Assembly (NCBI GenBank): GCA_947629085.1
Contig: CANRCM010000001.1
Coordinates: 8,059-72,058, forward strand
Direction: 5' to 3'
Source of the DNA: an uncultured Clostridia bacterium
GTDB lineage: Bacteria; Bacillota; Clostridia; TANB77; CAG-508
Length of the DNA: 64,000 nucleotides
Part shown: positions 36,657-47,359 of the stretch, one piece after another
Position numbering within the stretch: the stretch's first letter is position 1
How the letters are laid out: the number at the start of each line of letters is the position of its first letter
Notes under the pieces: generated by a model
Databases searched by the model: none
Seen by the model: the letters and a program-made list of their open reading frames with translations, nothing else
Told to the model about the DNA's origin: nothing
Position numbers and translations under genes: made by a program

Positions 36657-38549
36657 TTATATTTCCATAATAACTGGTATAATCATTGGATTTCTTTTTG
36701 TTTTATTAAATATATATTCTCTTAATTGATCTCTTGTTGTTGATTTTATTGTTGACCAATCACGAATTCCTTTTTCTTCGCATTTTTTAATTTCATGTCT
36801 TACAACAGCTTTAATATCATCCATTAAATTTTCAGATTCTCGTACATAAACAAATCCTCTAGAAATTACATCTGGTCCTGCTACTACTTCTCCTGTCGCA
36901 GAATTCATAGTTAATACAATAATAATTAATCCATCTTGAGATAAATGCTGTCTATCTCTTAATACTATGCTTCCTACATCTCCAACTCCTAATCCATCTA
37001 CTAATACTCTACCATTTGGTACTGTTGTTGTAAATTCAGCAGAATTTTCATCTACTTCTAAAACTCTACCATTTGTCATCATTATTATATTTTCTTTATC
37101 TATTCCCATACTTTGAGCAGTTTCACTATGTGCAACTAATTGCCTATATTCTCCATGAACTGGTATAAAATACTTTGGTTTTGCTAGTGCTAATATTAAT
37201 TTTTGTTCTTCTTGACAAGCATGCCCTGATACATGTATATCTTCTAGTGAACTATAAACAACTTCTGCTCCAATTTGCATCAAATCATCTATTACTTTTG
37301 ACACAAATTTTTCATTTCCTGGTATTGGTGTTGCAGATATTATAACTAAATCATTTGCTGTTATTTTTACCTTTCTATGATCTCCTGCTGCCATTCTTGT
37401 TAATGCTGACATTGCCTCTCCTTGGCTTCCTGTAGTAATAATAACTAATTGATCATCTGTATAATTATTGATCATATCTATATCAATAAATATATTTTGT
37501 GGACATTTTATATATCCTAATCCTTTTGCTGTTTCTATCATATTTATCATGCTTCTACCACACACAGCAATTTTTCTATTGTATTTTACTGCTGAATTTA
37601 CTATTTGTTGAACTCTATGAACATTAGAAGCAAATGTTGCTACTACTATTCTTTTTGTACAATGTAAAAATAATTTATCAAAAACTTCTCCCACAGAACT
37701 TTCTGACATTGTAAAACCTTTTCTTTCACTATTTGTACTATCAGACATTAATGCTAGAACTCCCTTATTACCTAACTCTGCAATTCTTCCAAAGTCCATT
37801 AATTTTCCGTCAATAGGAGTATAATCTACTTTGAAATCTCCTGTGTGTAGTAATGTACCCACTGGTGTTTCTATTCCTAACATTACAGAGTCAGGTATAC
37901 TATGTGAGCTTCTTATAAATTCAACTTTAAAATTTTTTCCTAGTTTAATAGTTTGCCCCGGATTAATCTCATGTAATTTTGTACTTCTTATTAATTTATG
38001 TTCTTCTAATTTATTTTTAATTAAACCTATTGTTAATTTTGTTGCATAAATAGGTATATTTAATTTTTTTAATAGATATGGAACAGATCCAATGTGATCT
38101 TCATGTCCATGTGTAATTACTAAACCTTTTATTTTATCTGCATTTTTTTCTAAATATGTTATATCTGGTATTACAAGATCTATTCCTAACATATCATCCT
38201 CTGGAAATGATAATCCACAGTCTACCACTATTATCTCATTTTCATATTCAAAAACTGTAATATTTTTACCTATTTCATGTAGTCCCCCTAAAGGTATAAT
38301 TTTTAATTTTGCTTTTTTAAATATTGGATTACTATTTTTATCTTTTCTTTTATTTATTGTAATCTCTTTTCCTTCTACTTCTTGCTCTAGTTTTTTTGAA
38401 TTTTTTCTTTGATATGGTTTTCTTGATTTTTTTATCTCATTTTTTCTAGTTTCTTGATCTGTTAATTTCGATATTTTTGTTCTACGTCTCCTTGTAGTTT
38501 TTTTACTTACTCCCTCTTTGTTTATCTTATTTGTTTTCTCTTCTGTCAT
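36657..38549 (-). CDS. rnj: ribonuclease J with a ~75-aa Lys/Arg-rich N-terminal extension
   Basis: 'KIIPLGGLHEIGKN' and 'ITHGHEDHIG' metallo-beta-lactamase/beta-CASP motifs. The conserved core starts near residue 80. Confidence 0.9.
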   Translation of the reverse strand: MTEEKTNKINKEGVSKKTTRRRRTKISKLTDQETRKNEIKKSRKPYQRKNSKKLEQEVEGKEITINKRKDKNSNPIFKKAKLKIIPLGGLHEIGKNITVFEYENEIIVVDCGLSFPEDDMLGIDLVIPDITYLEKNADKIKGLVITHGHEDHIGSVPYLLKKLNIPIYATKLTIGLIKNKLEEHKLIRSTKLHEINPGQTIKLGKNFKVEFIRSSHSIPDSVMLGIETPVGTLLHTGDFKVDYTPIDGKLMDFGRIAELGNKGVLALMSDSTNSERKGFTMSESSVGEVFDKLFLHCTKRIVVATFASNVHRVQQIVNSAVKYNRKIAVCGRSMINMIETAKGLGYIKCPQNIFIDIDMINNYTDDQLVIITTGSQGEAMSALTRMAAGDHRKVKITANDLVIISATPIPGNEKFVSKVIDDLMQIGAEVVYSSLEDIHVSGHACQEEQKLILALAKPKYFIPVHGEYRQLVAHSETAQSMGIDKENIIMMTNGRVLEVDENSAEFTTTVPNGRVLVDGLGVGDVGSIVLRDRQHLSQDGLIIIVLTMNSATGEVVAGPDVISRGFVYVRESENLMDDIKAVVRHEIKKCEEKGIRDWSTIKSTTRDQLREYIFNKTKRNPMIIPVIMEI

Positions 38550-38956
38550 ATATTCTCCTTTCTATTTTTTAACTTCTTAAAAAAGCGATATATAATCGCT
38601 TTGATCCTTTTGTTTTTTTCTTACTATGTACAAAACTAATAGATTATATCATATGTGGCCTTTTTTATCTCTTAACCTACATATATCTATTATTTTAAGT
38701 TCCGATCAATACTATTATTACTAGCAAAAATTATACTATATTTTTCCATAAAAGTCAACTTAAAGATATATTTAAATTTTCATATATTAATATATTCGTA
38801 AAATTATCTGTTATGTATTTAAAAATTTTTTTAATATTTTAATAAAAAACATTATTAAACTCTTTTTTATTTTAATTATCAAAAAAAGAAAGTAAACATA
38901 TTATTTTTTGTGTTTACTTTCTTTTTATTACTTCATTTTTTGCTCGCTTTTCTATG

Positions 38957-39814
38957 TTAATAATGTTCTCCTCTACCTTCTGGTAATGCCTCTGGTTCTA
39001 TTACTATTCTAATTCTTGTAATTACTTTAATAGCTTTTACAAATTTACTGTTTTTAAATCTTTGCCATAAGCTTGGTTTTGCTTCAAACGTCATTTCTCC
39101 AACATATTGTTGATTTGGCATCGTTTGTGGCTGTGTTTGTCCAATTGTTTGTGCTACTTCTTCTTGAATTGGTTGAGTTGTTACTTCTTCTACTGGTGTT
39201 GGAATTGATTTTAAAGCATCTGCTATTTCTATTCCTATATAACTTAAAGCTTTTGATTTATCTTCTATTCTCTCCATATCGATTTCTATATGTAAATTAG
39301 ATTCTAAATTATTTATTCTAGCATTTAATAATTTCATAGCATCTTGATAATTTTGAGATGTCTTTCCTTTAGATTTTCCTATTATAGTTAATGTTTCTAT
39401 TATATCTTCTCCAAATATTTTTCCTGCATTTTTGACCTGATCTTTCCAATCTTTTTCTTTGTTTTCTACAGATTCAAGTATCTCTTTTAATTTTCCTGCT
39501 TTAACTATATTTTCTTCTCTTTGCCTTATTAACTCTTCTATTTTTTTAGTATTTTCTTCAAATTGATTTGTAGCAAATTCAACTAATCCATATGCTGATT
39601 TATAAACGCTTACTGGAAAATTCTTCTTTTTTGGATACTCAATTAAATATGTTTTTATTGATTCTACTAAATCTTTAAAATATGTATCGTCATCCAATTC
39701 AACAATTTGTTTTTTGCTTTTAGGATTGATTAATTTTTGAACTTTTTCTATATTTGATAGTATTTTTTCTTCTGTGATAACCATTCTCACATTTACTATG
39801 CCAGATCTAGACAT
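38957..39814 (-). CDS. hypothetical coiled-coil protein with a Gln/Pro-rich linker
   Basis: 285-aa ORF with an RBS (AAGGAGG). No family was recognised. Confidence 0.5.
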   Translation of the reverse strand: MSRSGIVNVRMVITEEKILSNIEKVQKLINPKSKKQIVELDDDTYFKDLVESIKTYLIEYPKKKNFPVSVYKSAYGLVEFATNQFEENTKKIEELIRQREENIVKAGKLKEILESVENKEKDWKDQVKNAGKIFGEDIIETLTIIGKSKGKTSQNYQDAMKLLNARINNLESNLHIEIDMERIEDKSKALSYIGIEIADALKSIPTPVEEVTTQPIQEEVAQTIGQTQPQTMPNQQYVGEMTFEAKPSLWQRFKNSKFVKAIKVITRIRIVIEPEALPEGRGEHY

Positions 39815-39960
39815 TGTAAACTACCTCCTTTATCTTACGCGTGTTTGCTTTTACTGTTTTCCTTATCATTATACAATAACTAACAAAAAACTACAATAAT
39901 ATATTTATTATTTTTATATTAAATTTTTATTACAATTATGTTACAAAAATATTACAAAGA

Positions 39961-41676
39961 TTATTTTGTTACTGTCTTAATTTCTTCAAATCTCTTGATT
40001 TTCTGCGTTGTTGTTTTGATTAACTCTTTTTCTGTAATATTAATTTCTCTAATGTACTTATATGTAGGTACTGTTTTATTCACTTTTTTTATTTCTTGCC
40101 AAATTACTTCTCTTATTTTTTCTTTATCTTCAATTCCATAATGCTCTTTTATTAAACTTTTATCATAGACTATCTTACAACATATCTTATAATCACCATC
40201 GTCTTCTAGTTTTCCGTAAACAAAACTTTCTTTTACACCTTCAATTTTATTTACTAATATTTCTAATTCTTCTGGGTAAATATTTTTTCCATTTTTTAAT
40301 ACAATTACAAATTTCTTTCTTCCAGAAATAAAAATATATCCTTCATCATCTATTTTTGCCAAATCTCCCGTATGTAACCATCCATCTTTTAATGTTTCTT
40401 TAGTAGCTTCTTCATTATTATAATATCCAATCATTATGGATGGTCCTTTTACCAATAGCTCTCCTACTCCTTCTTCATCTGGATTATCTATTTTTACATC
40501 TAAACTTGGAAAAGCTTTTCCAATTGAACCTATCTTTTGATATTTATCATCTTCAGCAGCAATTACTGGTGAACTCTCCGTAAGTCCATAGCCTTGGTAC
40601 ATTTTTATACCAAAGTTGTTAAATCCTTTTTCTGCTTCTGGATCTAATGCTGCTCCACCGGCTACAAATAATCTTGCTTTTCCTCCTAGATTTTGATGAA
40701 TCTCTTTAAATATAATTTTTCTAATATCGATTCCAAATTTTAATAACAAATTACTAATTTTTATACCTTTTTTAACTGTATCTAATTTTCCTTTTTTCTC
40801 TATTCCTTTCATGATTTTTTTATAAATTGTTTCATATAAAATAGGGACAGATATCATTGCTGTTATTTGAAATTCTTTTACATTATCTGCAATATGTCTT
40901 ATTCCTTCACAAAAAGCAATTGATGCTCCTACGGATATTGGATATAAAAATCCAACTGTACACTCAAAAGTATGGTGTAATGGCAAGAAAGACAGCATTC
41001 TATCTTTTTCCGTTAGTTTGATGACAGATGTAATATCCTTTAAATTTGCACAAATATTTTTATGTGATAGCATAACAGCTTTTGACATAGCAGTTGTTCC
41101 TGATGTAAATAACATTATTCCCATAGACTCATTATCTATTTCTGCATCTAAAAATTTTGTATTACCTTTTTTTATTAGATTTTCCCCTTGCTCCATTAGT
41201 TCTTTTTGTGAATAAATCTCATTTTGTTTTTTGTCTAAGTCCATAGATATAAAAAATTTAACATTTGTACTATTTTTTTCTCTTATTTCATTCATAACTT
41301 TTTCATATTTATCAGAATAAATTATTGCTTCTATTTCTGAACGAATCATTAAACTCTCTATTTCGTTATCTGGAAGTGCCTTATCCAATGGAACTATTAT
41401 TCCTACTCCTGTTACTGTTGCTAAATATGCAACTCCCCATTCATATCTATTATCTGATATAACAGCTATTCTTTTCCCTTTTAACCCTAGATTTATTAAA
41501 GCTGTTCCTAAATTATTTATATCTTTTCTAAATTCTTTATGTGTTATCTCTTTAAATTTCCCAGGCTCATCTGTTTTATAAATATAAGCTGGTCTATTTT
41601 CAAAAGCATCTCCAGATTTTTTCAACATATCTTTTAAATCTATAAATTCTGTATATTTATGAATTGGTTTTCTCAT
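39961..41676 (-). CDS. long-chain fatty-acid--CoA ligase (AMP-binding superfamily)
   Basis: 'MLFTSGTTAMSKAVMLSH' AMP-binding signature, plus 'GYGLTE' and 'WLHTGDLA' motifs. Confidence 0.8.
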   Translation of the reverse strand: MRKPIHKYTEFIDLKDMLKKSGDAFENRPAYIYKTDEPGKFKEITHKEFRKDINNLGTALINLGLKGKRIAVISDNRYEWGVAYLATVTGVGIIVPLDKALPDNEIESLMIRSEIEAIIYSDKYEKVMNEIREKNSTNVKFFISMDLDKKQNEIYSQKELMEQGENLIKKGNTKFLDAEIDNESMGIMLFTSGTTAMSKAVMLSHKNICANLKDITSVIKLTEKDRMLSFLPLHHTFECTVGFLYPISVGASIAFCEGIRHIADNVKEFQITAMISVPILYETIYKKIMKGIEKKGKLDTVKKGIKISNLLLKFGIDIRKIIFKEIHQNLGGKARLFVAGGAALDPEAEKGFNNFGIKMYQGYGLTESSPVIAAEDDKYQKIGSIGKAFPSLDVKIDNPDEEGVGELLVKGPSIMIGYYNNEEATKETLKDGWLHTGDLAKIDDEGYIFISGRKKFVIVLKNGKNIYPEELEILVNKIEGVKESFVYGKLEDDGDYKICCKIVYDKSLIKEHYGIEDKEKIREVIWQEIKKVNKTVPTYKYIREINITEKELIKTTTQKIKRFEEIKTVTK

Positions 41677-41908
41677 TTCCTTCGCTCCTCTATCCTTTTC
41701 TTATAGTTTTATTTTTATTTTTATAATTTTAGACATTAATTTTCTTACATATTATATATTTTTTAAATTAATATTGCAAGCTTTTATTAAATTTTAGAAA
41801 TTGTTTGAATTTTTATGACATTTTATTCGTATTTTCTTTACTTTTTTTACAAACTAATATAAAATAACTTTGAATTGGTTATACTAAGAAAAATAATGGA
41901 GGAAACAA

Positions 41909-44296
41909 ATGAAAAATAAAAATGAATTAAATTATAAAGATTTAAAAATGACTTGTAATACTGATGTTTTTAATTTTGATACAACTGAAGAACTAACTTC
42001 TATTGAAGACGGTATTGGTCAAGATAGAGGTATTAAGGCATTGGAATTTGGTTTACAAGTAAATGTGAAAGGTTATAACCTATATTTAGAAGGACCAAGT
42101 GGTGTAGGCAAAACTATGTATACTAAAAATTATTTGCATAAAATAGCTAAAAAGCAAAAAGTACCTTCTGATTGGTGCTATATTTATAATTTTCAAAATC
42201 CAAATGAACCTATAGCTGTTAAGCTTCCTGCTGGACAAGGCAAAGAATTTAAAGAGGCTATGGATGGTTTTATAAAGGAAATTAGAAAAGATATACAAAA
42301 AACTTTTAATAATGACGATTTTGAAAAAGAAAAAGCACTAATTAAACAAGAATTTGAATCTAAACGTGCTGATTTATTAGAAAAATTAAACAAAGATGCC
42401 TCTAAATACAATTTTGAAGTTAAAGCTGCAGAAAATGGCATTTATATGATGCCTGTTGTAGATGGAAAATCTATTAAAGAAGAAGAATTTGAAAAATTAC
42501 CTGATGATATAAAACAAAAATATGAAGAAAAGTCAGTTGTTGTGCAAGAACAAATTATGAGTGTTATTGCAAAAATAAAAGAAATTGAGCGTATGTCTGA
42601 TAAAAAAATTTCCGAATGGCAATCTAATGTAGCTTTACTTACAGTAAATGTTCATATTAATTATCTAAAATCAAAATATAAAAGAAATAAAAAAATAAAT
42701 GCTTTTTTAAATGATGTTAAGCAAGATGTTTTAAAAAATATCCCTGCTTTCTTAGAAGATACAAATAAGCAACCTGCAAACAATCAGCAAGGACCTATTA
42801 TAAAAAAAGCAGACCCTTGTTTAAATTATAGAGTAAATTTGTTTGTTGATAATTCTAATAGAGATGGTGCTCCTGTTATTATGGATTCTAATTATTCTTA
42901 TCAAAATATTTTCGGTACACTAGAATATGAAAATTACTATGGAGCTCTAAAAACTGATCATACAATGCTAAAACCTGGTCTTTTACAACAAGCAAATGGT
43001 GGATATATTATGTTTCAAGCAAAAGATTTATTGTCAAATAGTATTTGTTATGAAACATTAAAAAAGGCTCTTAGAACAAAAGAATTAGGAATTGAAAATA
43101 TTGCGGATCAACGCTCTTCTATGACTTTGGTTTCATTAAAGCCTGAACCTATTCCTCTTGATTTAAAAGTAATATTAATTGGAAATAGTAATATTTATCA
43201 AACTTTACTTGCTGTGGATTCAGATTTTAGAAAACTTTTTAAAATAAAAGTTGAATTTGAAGAGTATGCTGAAATAACAGATAAAAATCTAAATAAATTA
43301 GCTCAAATTATTCACGGATTCTGTTCTAATGAAGAGTTACCACATTTAGATAAAACTGCTATGGCGAAATTAGTTGAATATGCTTCAAAAATTGCAGGTA
43401 GCCATAATAAAGTTTCTACAAGATTTGATGATTTAATACAAGTTGTTGGTGAAGCTGCAACTTGGGCAAAACTTTCTAAATCAAAAATAGTCACAGCTGA
43501 ATTTATTAATAAAGCTCTATCTGAAAGAATTGAAAGAGTTAAAAAATATGATGAAAAATATTTAGAAATGATTAAACAAAACTCTCTTTTAATAAATACT
43601 TCTGGTTATAAAGTCGGAGAATTAAATGGCCTTACAGTCATGACAATTGGAGATTATACGTTTGGTAAACCTGCTAAAATCACTGTTAATACTTATACAG
43701 GAAAAGAAGGTATAGTAAATATAGAAAGAGAAGTTGAGATTTCGGGTCCTTCTCATTCAAAAGGTGTATTAATACTTACTGGTTATTTAGGAGAAATGTT
43801 TGCCCAAGATATTCCTTTATGTTTAACTGCTAGTATTTGTTTTGAACAATTGTATAATGGTGTAGATGGCGATAGTGCATCTAGTACAGAATTATATGGA
43901 TTGCTTTCTAGCCTTTCTGGAATACCTATAAATCAATCTATTGCAGTTACTGGTTCTGTTAATCAAAAAGGTCAAATCCAACCTATTGGTGGTGTTAATG
44001 AAAAAATAGAAGGCTATTTTCAAGTATGTAAGTTTCGTGGATTAGATGGTTCTCATGGTGTTATGATACCTGTACAAAATGTTGATAACTTACAATTATC
44101 TGATGAAGTAATTCAAGCAGTTAAAAATAAAAAATTTCATATTTATTCTATTTCTACAATTGAAGAAGGCATTGAAGTTTTAACTGGTGTCCCTGCTGGT
44201 AAAAAAGATAAAACAGGACATTTCCCAGCTGGTACTGTAAATTGCCTGGTATATGAAAAATTAAAAAAATATGCTAGTATAAATTCCAAAAATTAA
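41909..44296 (+). CDS. Lon-like ATP-dependent protease (COG1067/LonC-like: AAA+ with a long helical insertion, plus an S16 protease domain)
   Basis: Walker A 'GPSGVGKT', an inserted coiled-coil region, and a C-terminal Lon protease domain ('DGDSASSTE', 'AVTGSVNQKGQIQPIGGVNEKIEG'). Confidence 0.8.
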   Translation: MKNKNELNYKDLKMTCNTDVFNFDTTEELTSIEDGIGQDRGIKALEFGLQVNVKGYNLYLEGPSGVGKTMYTKNYLHKIAKKQKVPSDWCYIYNFQNPNEPIAVKLPAGQGKEFKEAMDGFIKEIRKDIQKTFNNDDFEKEKALIKQEFESKRADLLEKLNKDASKYNFEVKAAENGIYMMPVVDGKSIKEEEFEKLPDDIKQKYEEKSVVVQEQIMSVIAKIKEIERMSDKKISEWQSNVALLTVNVHINYLKSKYKRNKKINAFLNDVKQDVLKNIPAFLEDTNKQPANNQQGPIIKKADPCLNYRVNLFVDNSNRDGAPVIMDSNYSYQNIFGTLEYENYYGALKTDHTMLKPGLLQQANGGYIMFQAKDLLSNSICYETLKKALRTKELGIENIADQRSSMTLVSLKPEPIPLDLKVILIGNSNIYQTLLAVDSDFRKLFKIKVEFEEYAEITDKNLNKLAQIIHGFCSNEELPHLDKTAMAKLVEYASKIAGSHNKVSTRFDDLIQVVGEAATWAKLSKSKIVTAEFINKALSERIERVKKYDEKYLEMIKQNSLLINTSGYKVGELNGLTVMTIGDYTFGKPAKITVNTYTGKEGIVNIEREVEISGPSHSKGVLILTGYLGEMFAQDIPLCLTASICFEQLYNGVDGDSASSTELYGLLSSLSGIPINQSIAVTGSVNQKGQIQPIGGVNEKIEGYFQVCKFRGLDGSHGVMIPVQNVDNLQLSDEVIQAVKNKKFHIYSISTIEEGIEVLTGVPAGKKDKTGHFPAGTVNCLVYEKLKKYASINSKN

Positions 44297-44305
44297 TTTA
44301 TAAAT

Positions 44306-44329
44306 AGGACGGATACTTTGCTCCGTCCT
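44306..44329. terminator. bidirectional terminator between the Lon-like gene and the DUF4363 gene
   Basis: Stem AGGACGGA / TCCGTCCT with flanking A/T runs. Confidence 0.6.
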
Positions 44330-44338
44330 AACTTATTT

Positions 44339-44728
44339 TTAAAATACATTTTCTATTTTTAAACTATATTTATCCTTTATATGTCTTAATATATATACGC
44401 TTTCATCTAATTTAGAAATAGCTTCAGATTGTTCTTCACTTTCTAATGCACTATACAATGCTGTTAAATTAGTCTCTACCTTTTCTAATTCATCATGCTC
44501 AACTACAGATCCTAATTTTTTATATCTTTTCTGCCACGTATTTCTTAATTCCTCAACTTTAATTTCATTAATTTTATCTTCTTCACCTACATTTAATATT
44601 TGTTCTTTTATATTACTTAATTCTCCTGTTATCTCTTCTGTTGAATCTTTTATATAATTTTTCATAAAATAATCGAATGTTATAATGCTTATAATTATAA
44701 TTATGCAAAATATAAATTCTCTCCACAT
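44339..44728 (-). CDS. DUF4363-like small membrane-anchored protein
   Basis: The probable start 'MWREFIFCIIII' (44728) lies behind AGAGAGG. This protein is typically paired with DUF421 proteins. Confidence 0.55.
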   Translation of the reverse strand: MWREFIFCIIIIISIITFDYFMKNYIKDSTEEITGELSNIKEQILNVGEEDKINEIKVEELRNTWQKRYKKLGSVVEHDELEKVETNLTALYSALESEEQSEAISKLDESVYILRHIKDKYSLKIENVF

Positions 44729-44729
44729 T

Positions 44730-45410
44730 TTAATAAGTACCTCTCTCTTTTTTTTGGCAAAATATTTGTCCTTTTGCATCTAACGTAACTATCAAAGCTT
44801 CTTCGGGTTTTATATCAAATTTTTCTGTTTGTTTCTTCAGCCAATTATAATTTTTTCCAATTTTTTTTAAATTTTTATTCATAACTTTACCATCAACAAC
44901 TAAGTCATATGGTATGCCCTCATATTCTGGTGTTATACCTAAATCCTCTGGAATCACAGTTCTCTTTTCGGGCTTTTGTATAACAGTTACTTGTCCACTT
45001 GTTTCTAATATTGCATATTCTACATCTCCTAAATTAAAAACATTATTCCCCCTTATTCTTTCTTCTAATTCATTTATTGTAAAACGTTGTTTTTCTAATT
45101 CTTTTTCATTTATTTTACCTCTATATATTAAAATGCTTGGTTTCCCACATATAATTTCTCTTGCTTTTAAGCTTTTTAAGTTCAAAAATGAAATAAACAT
45201 ATGCATTACCAAAAGTCCTAAAATAGGTGCTATTCCATAATATATTGGAATACCTATTTCTGTCATTGGGATAGATGCTAAGTCTGCTATCATAATAGCA
45301 ATGGCAAGTTCAAAAGGTTGCATTTGTCCTATTTCTCTTTTTCCCATTAATCTCATAACTATTAAAACAAAAATATATAATAAAATTGATCTAAAAAACG
45401 TAATTAGCAC
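44730..45410 (-). CDS. DUF421 (YetF-like) membrane protein
   Basis: 'VMRLMGKREIGQMQPFELAIAIMIADLA' is characteristic of the DUF421 family. Confidence 0.7.
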   Translation of the reverse strand: MLITFFRSILLYIFVLIVMRLMGKREIGQMQPFELAIAIMIADLASIPMTEIGIPIYYGIAPILGLLVMHMFISFLNLKSLKAREIICGKPSILIYRGKINEKELEKQRFTINELEERIRGNNVFNLGDVEYAILETSGQVTVIQKPEKRTVIPEDLGITPEYEGIPYDLVVDGKVMNKNLKKIGKNYNWLKKQTEKFDIKPEEALIVTLDAKGQIFCQKKERGTY

Positions 45411-45554
45411 TTTTTCTCTCCTACTTTTTTATTTTTATTTTTTACCAATTTTATTTTTTATATTCATTATTTTTGAATAATTATATTTTTTTTGTAAATA
45501 ATAATTTTATAACCTTTTAATTACTATATTCAAAAGGCTAAGGAGGTTAGAATT

Positions 45555-45929
45555 ATGTCAGAAATTCAAGAAAATCAAACAAGAAGCAATACTTCGACAG
45601 TTTGGCAAATTGTTGGTAGGCTAATTGCTTCTGCTGTAATTCTTGCTATTACAGCATTTTTTACACCTGGATTTACTATTGATAATATTTGGACTTTAGC
45701 AATAGCAGCTATTGTTTTAACTGTTGTTGATTACTTAGTTATGAAATTTACTGGTTTACAAGCTAGTCCTTTTGGTAAAGGCTTTGTAGGTTTTGCATTA
45801 GCAGCTATTATTTTATATATTACTCAATTTTTTGTAGCAGGATATTCAATCTCATGGTTTTCAGCTATTATCGGTGCACTAATCTATGGTGTTGTTGATT
45901 ACTTTATACCTGGAAATCAATCATTATAG
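45555..45929 (+). CDS. small integral membrane protein (four-helix, holin-4-like/DUF2512-like)
   Basis: 124 aa with four hydrophobic segments and an RBS (AAGGAGG). Confidence 0.5.
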   Translation: MSEIQENQTRSNTSTVWQIVGRLIASAVILAITAFFTPGFTIDNIWTLAIAAIVLTVVDYLVMKFTGLQASPFGKGFVGFALAAIILYITQFFVAGYSISWFSAIIGALIYGVVDYFIPGNQSL

Positions 45930-46001
45930 TATGATTGACTTCTAAAAAATCCCTAGAGAATTTAACAGTTATTTAACTTTCATTCTTTAGGGATATTTTT
46001 A

Positions 46002-46649
46002 TTATTTACTTTCTTTATTATTCATTAAAATTTTACCTTGTATAGGATCATTTAACAATTTTATAAATTTGTTTGCATCTTCATTTGTTCCAACAATACT
46101 TCCGTAATGTATTGGTATCGCAATATGAGGCTTTATTTCATTAATTAACTTGGCTGCTTCCTTAAAATCCATTGTATATGTTCCTCCTACAGGAACTAGT
46201 GCAATATCACAATTTATTTTTCTATTTTCTTCTGTAATATCTGTATCTCCTGCTATGTAGTAACGAATTTTTTCTACTTCTATAATATATCCTACCCAAT
46301 TATTTTCTTTTGGATGAAATTTTTTATTTATATTATATGCAGGAATAGTTTCAATTTTAAAACCTTCAACTATATACTTTTCATTTGGTTTTACTGTCAC
46401 TATTTGATTTTGACTAATTTCATTTTTTAATAATTTTCTTTCTAGCTTTTCTGGTACAACTAGTATAGTGTCACTCTTTTTTACTTTATTGATATCTTCT
46501 TCTGAATAATGATCATAATGATCATGTGTTATCATTATAATATCTGCATCATGATTTTCTTTACATATATTAAACGGATCTATATATATTATTTTTTCTG
46601 TATTTATTCTTATGCTACTATGGTATAAAATTTGTATATTTTCTAACAT
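46002..46649 (-). CDS. MBL-fold metallo-hydrolase
   Basis: 'ITHDHYDHY' metal-binding motif. Confidence 0.7.
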   Translation of the reverse strand: MLENIQILYHSSIRINTEKIIYIDPFNICKENHDADIIMITHDHYDHYSEEDINKVKKSDTILVVPEKLERKLLKNEISQNQIVTVKPNEKYIVEGFKIETIPAYNINKKFHPKENNWVGYIIEVEKIRYYIAGDTDITEENRKINCDIALVPVGGTYTMDFKEAAKLINEIKPHIAIPIHYGSIVGTNEDANKFIKLLNDPIQGKILMNNKESK

Positions 46650-46675
46650 TTTAACATCCCGACCTTTTAAATAAT

Positions 46676-47341
46676 TTATTTTTTCTCAACTATTTCATTT
46701 TTATTTTTATAAATACTTTTTTCGGGAATTACTCCTCTTACAGATGATAACGGATATATATTTGATTTTTTTCCAATCACACTTCCTGGATTTAATATAC
46801 TTCCACATCCTATTTCTACTTCATCACCAATCATAGCTCCAAATTTTTTGAGTTCCGTTTTTATTTGTTGTTTTCCATTTTTTACAACTACTAATCTTTT
46901 ATCAGATTTAACATTTGAAGTTATTGATCCTGCTCCCATATGAGCTTTATAGCCTAAAATAGAATCGCCTACATAATTATAATGGGGAACTAATGCTTTA
47001 TTAAATAAAATAACATTTTTTAATTCTGTCGAATTGCCTACTATCGCATTTTTTCCAACAATTGCTTTTCCTCTAATAAAAGCACAATGTCTTATTTCTG
47101 CATATTCTTCTATTATTGTAGGTCCTGCAATATAGGCTGTTGGAGAAACTTTTGCTGTTTTTGCAATCCATATATTTTCTCCTATTTTATTATATTTATC
47201 TTTATCTAATTTTTTTCCTAATTCTAATATAAAATTTTCAATTTTAGGTAATACTTCCCATGGATATGTAACACTTTTTAGTAAATTTTTTGCTATTGTT
47301 TCTTCCAAATTATATAATTTAAAAACTTTACATTCTTCCAT
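46676..47341 (-). CDS. left-handed beta-helix (hexapeptide-repeat) transferase-like protein
   Basis: Repeated [LIV]-G-x-x-x-x hexapeptide pattern in the C-terminal two thirds. Confidence 0.6.
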   Translation of the reverse strand: MEECKVFKLYNLEETIAKNLLKSVTYPWEVLPKIENFILELGKKLDKDKYNKIGENIWIAKTAKVSPTAYIAGPTIIEEYAEIRHCAFIRGKAIVGKNAIVGNSTELKNVILFNKALVPHYNYVGDSILGYKAHMGAGSITSNVKSDKRLVVVKNGKQQIKTELKKFGAMIGDEVEIGCGSILNPGSVIGKKSNIYPLSSVRGVIPEKSIYKNKNEIVEKK

Positions 47342-47359
47342 TTTATAATCCTCACTATT

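Noticed and set aside
41909-44296. The Lon-like protease as BrxL of a BREX defence system.
   Set aside because: No other BREX components (PglX methyltransferase, PglZ, BrxA/B/C) are nearby. The architecture fits stand-alone LonC/COG1067-type proteases.
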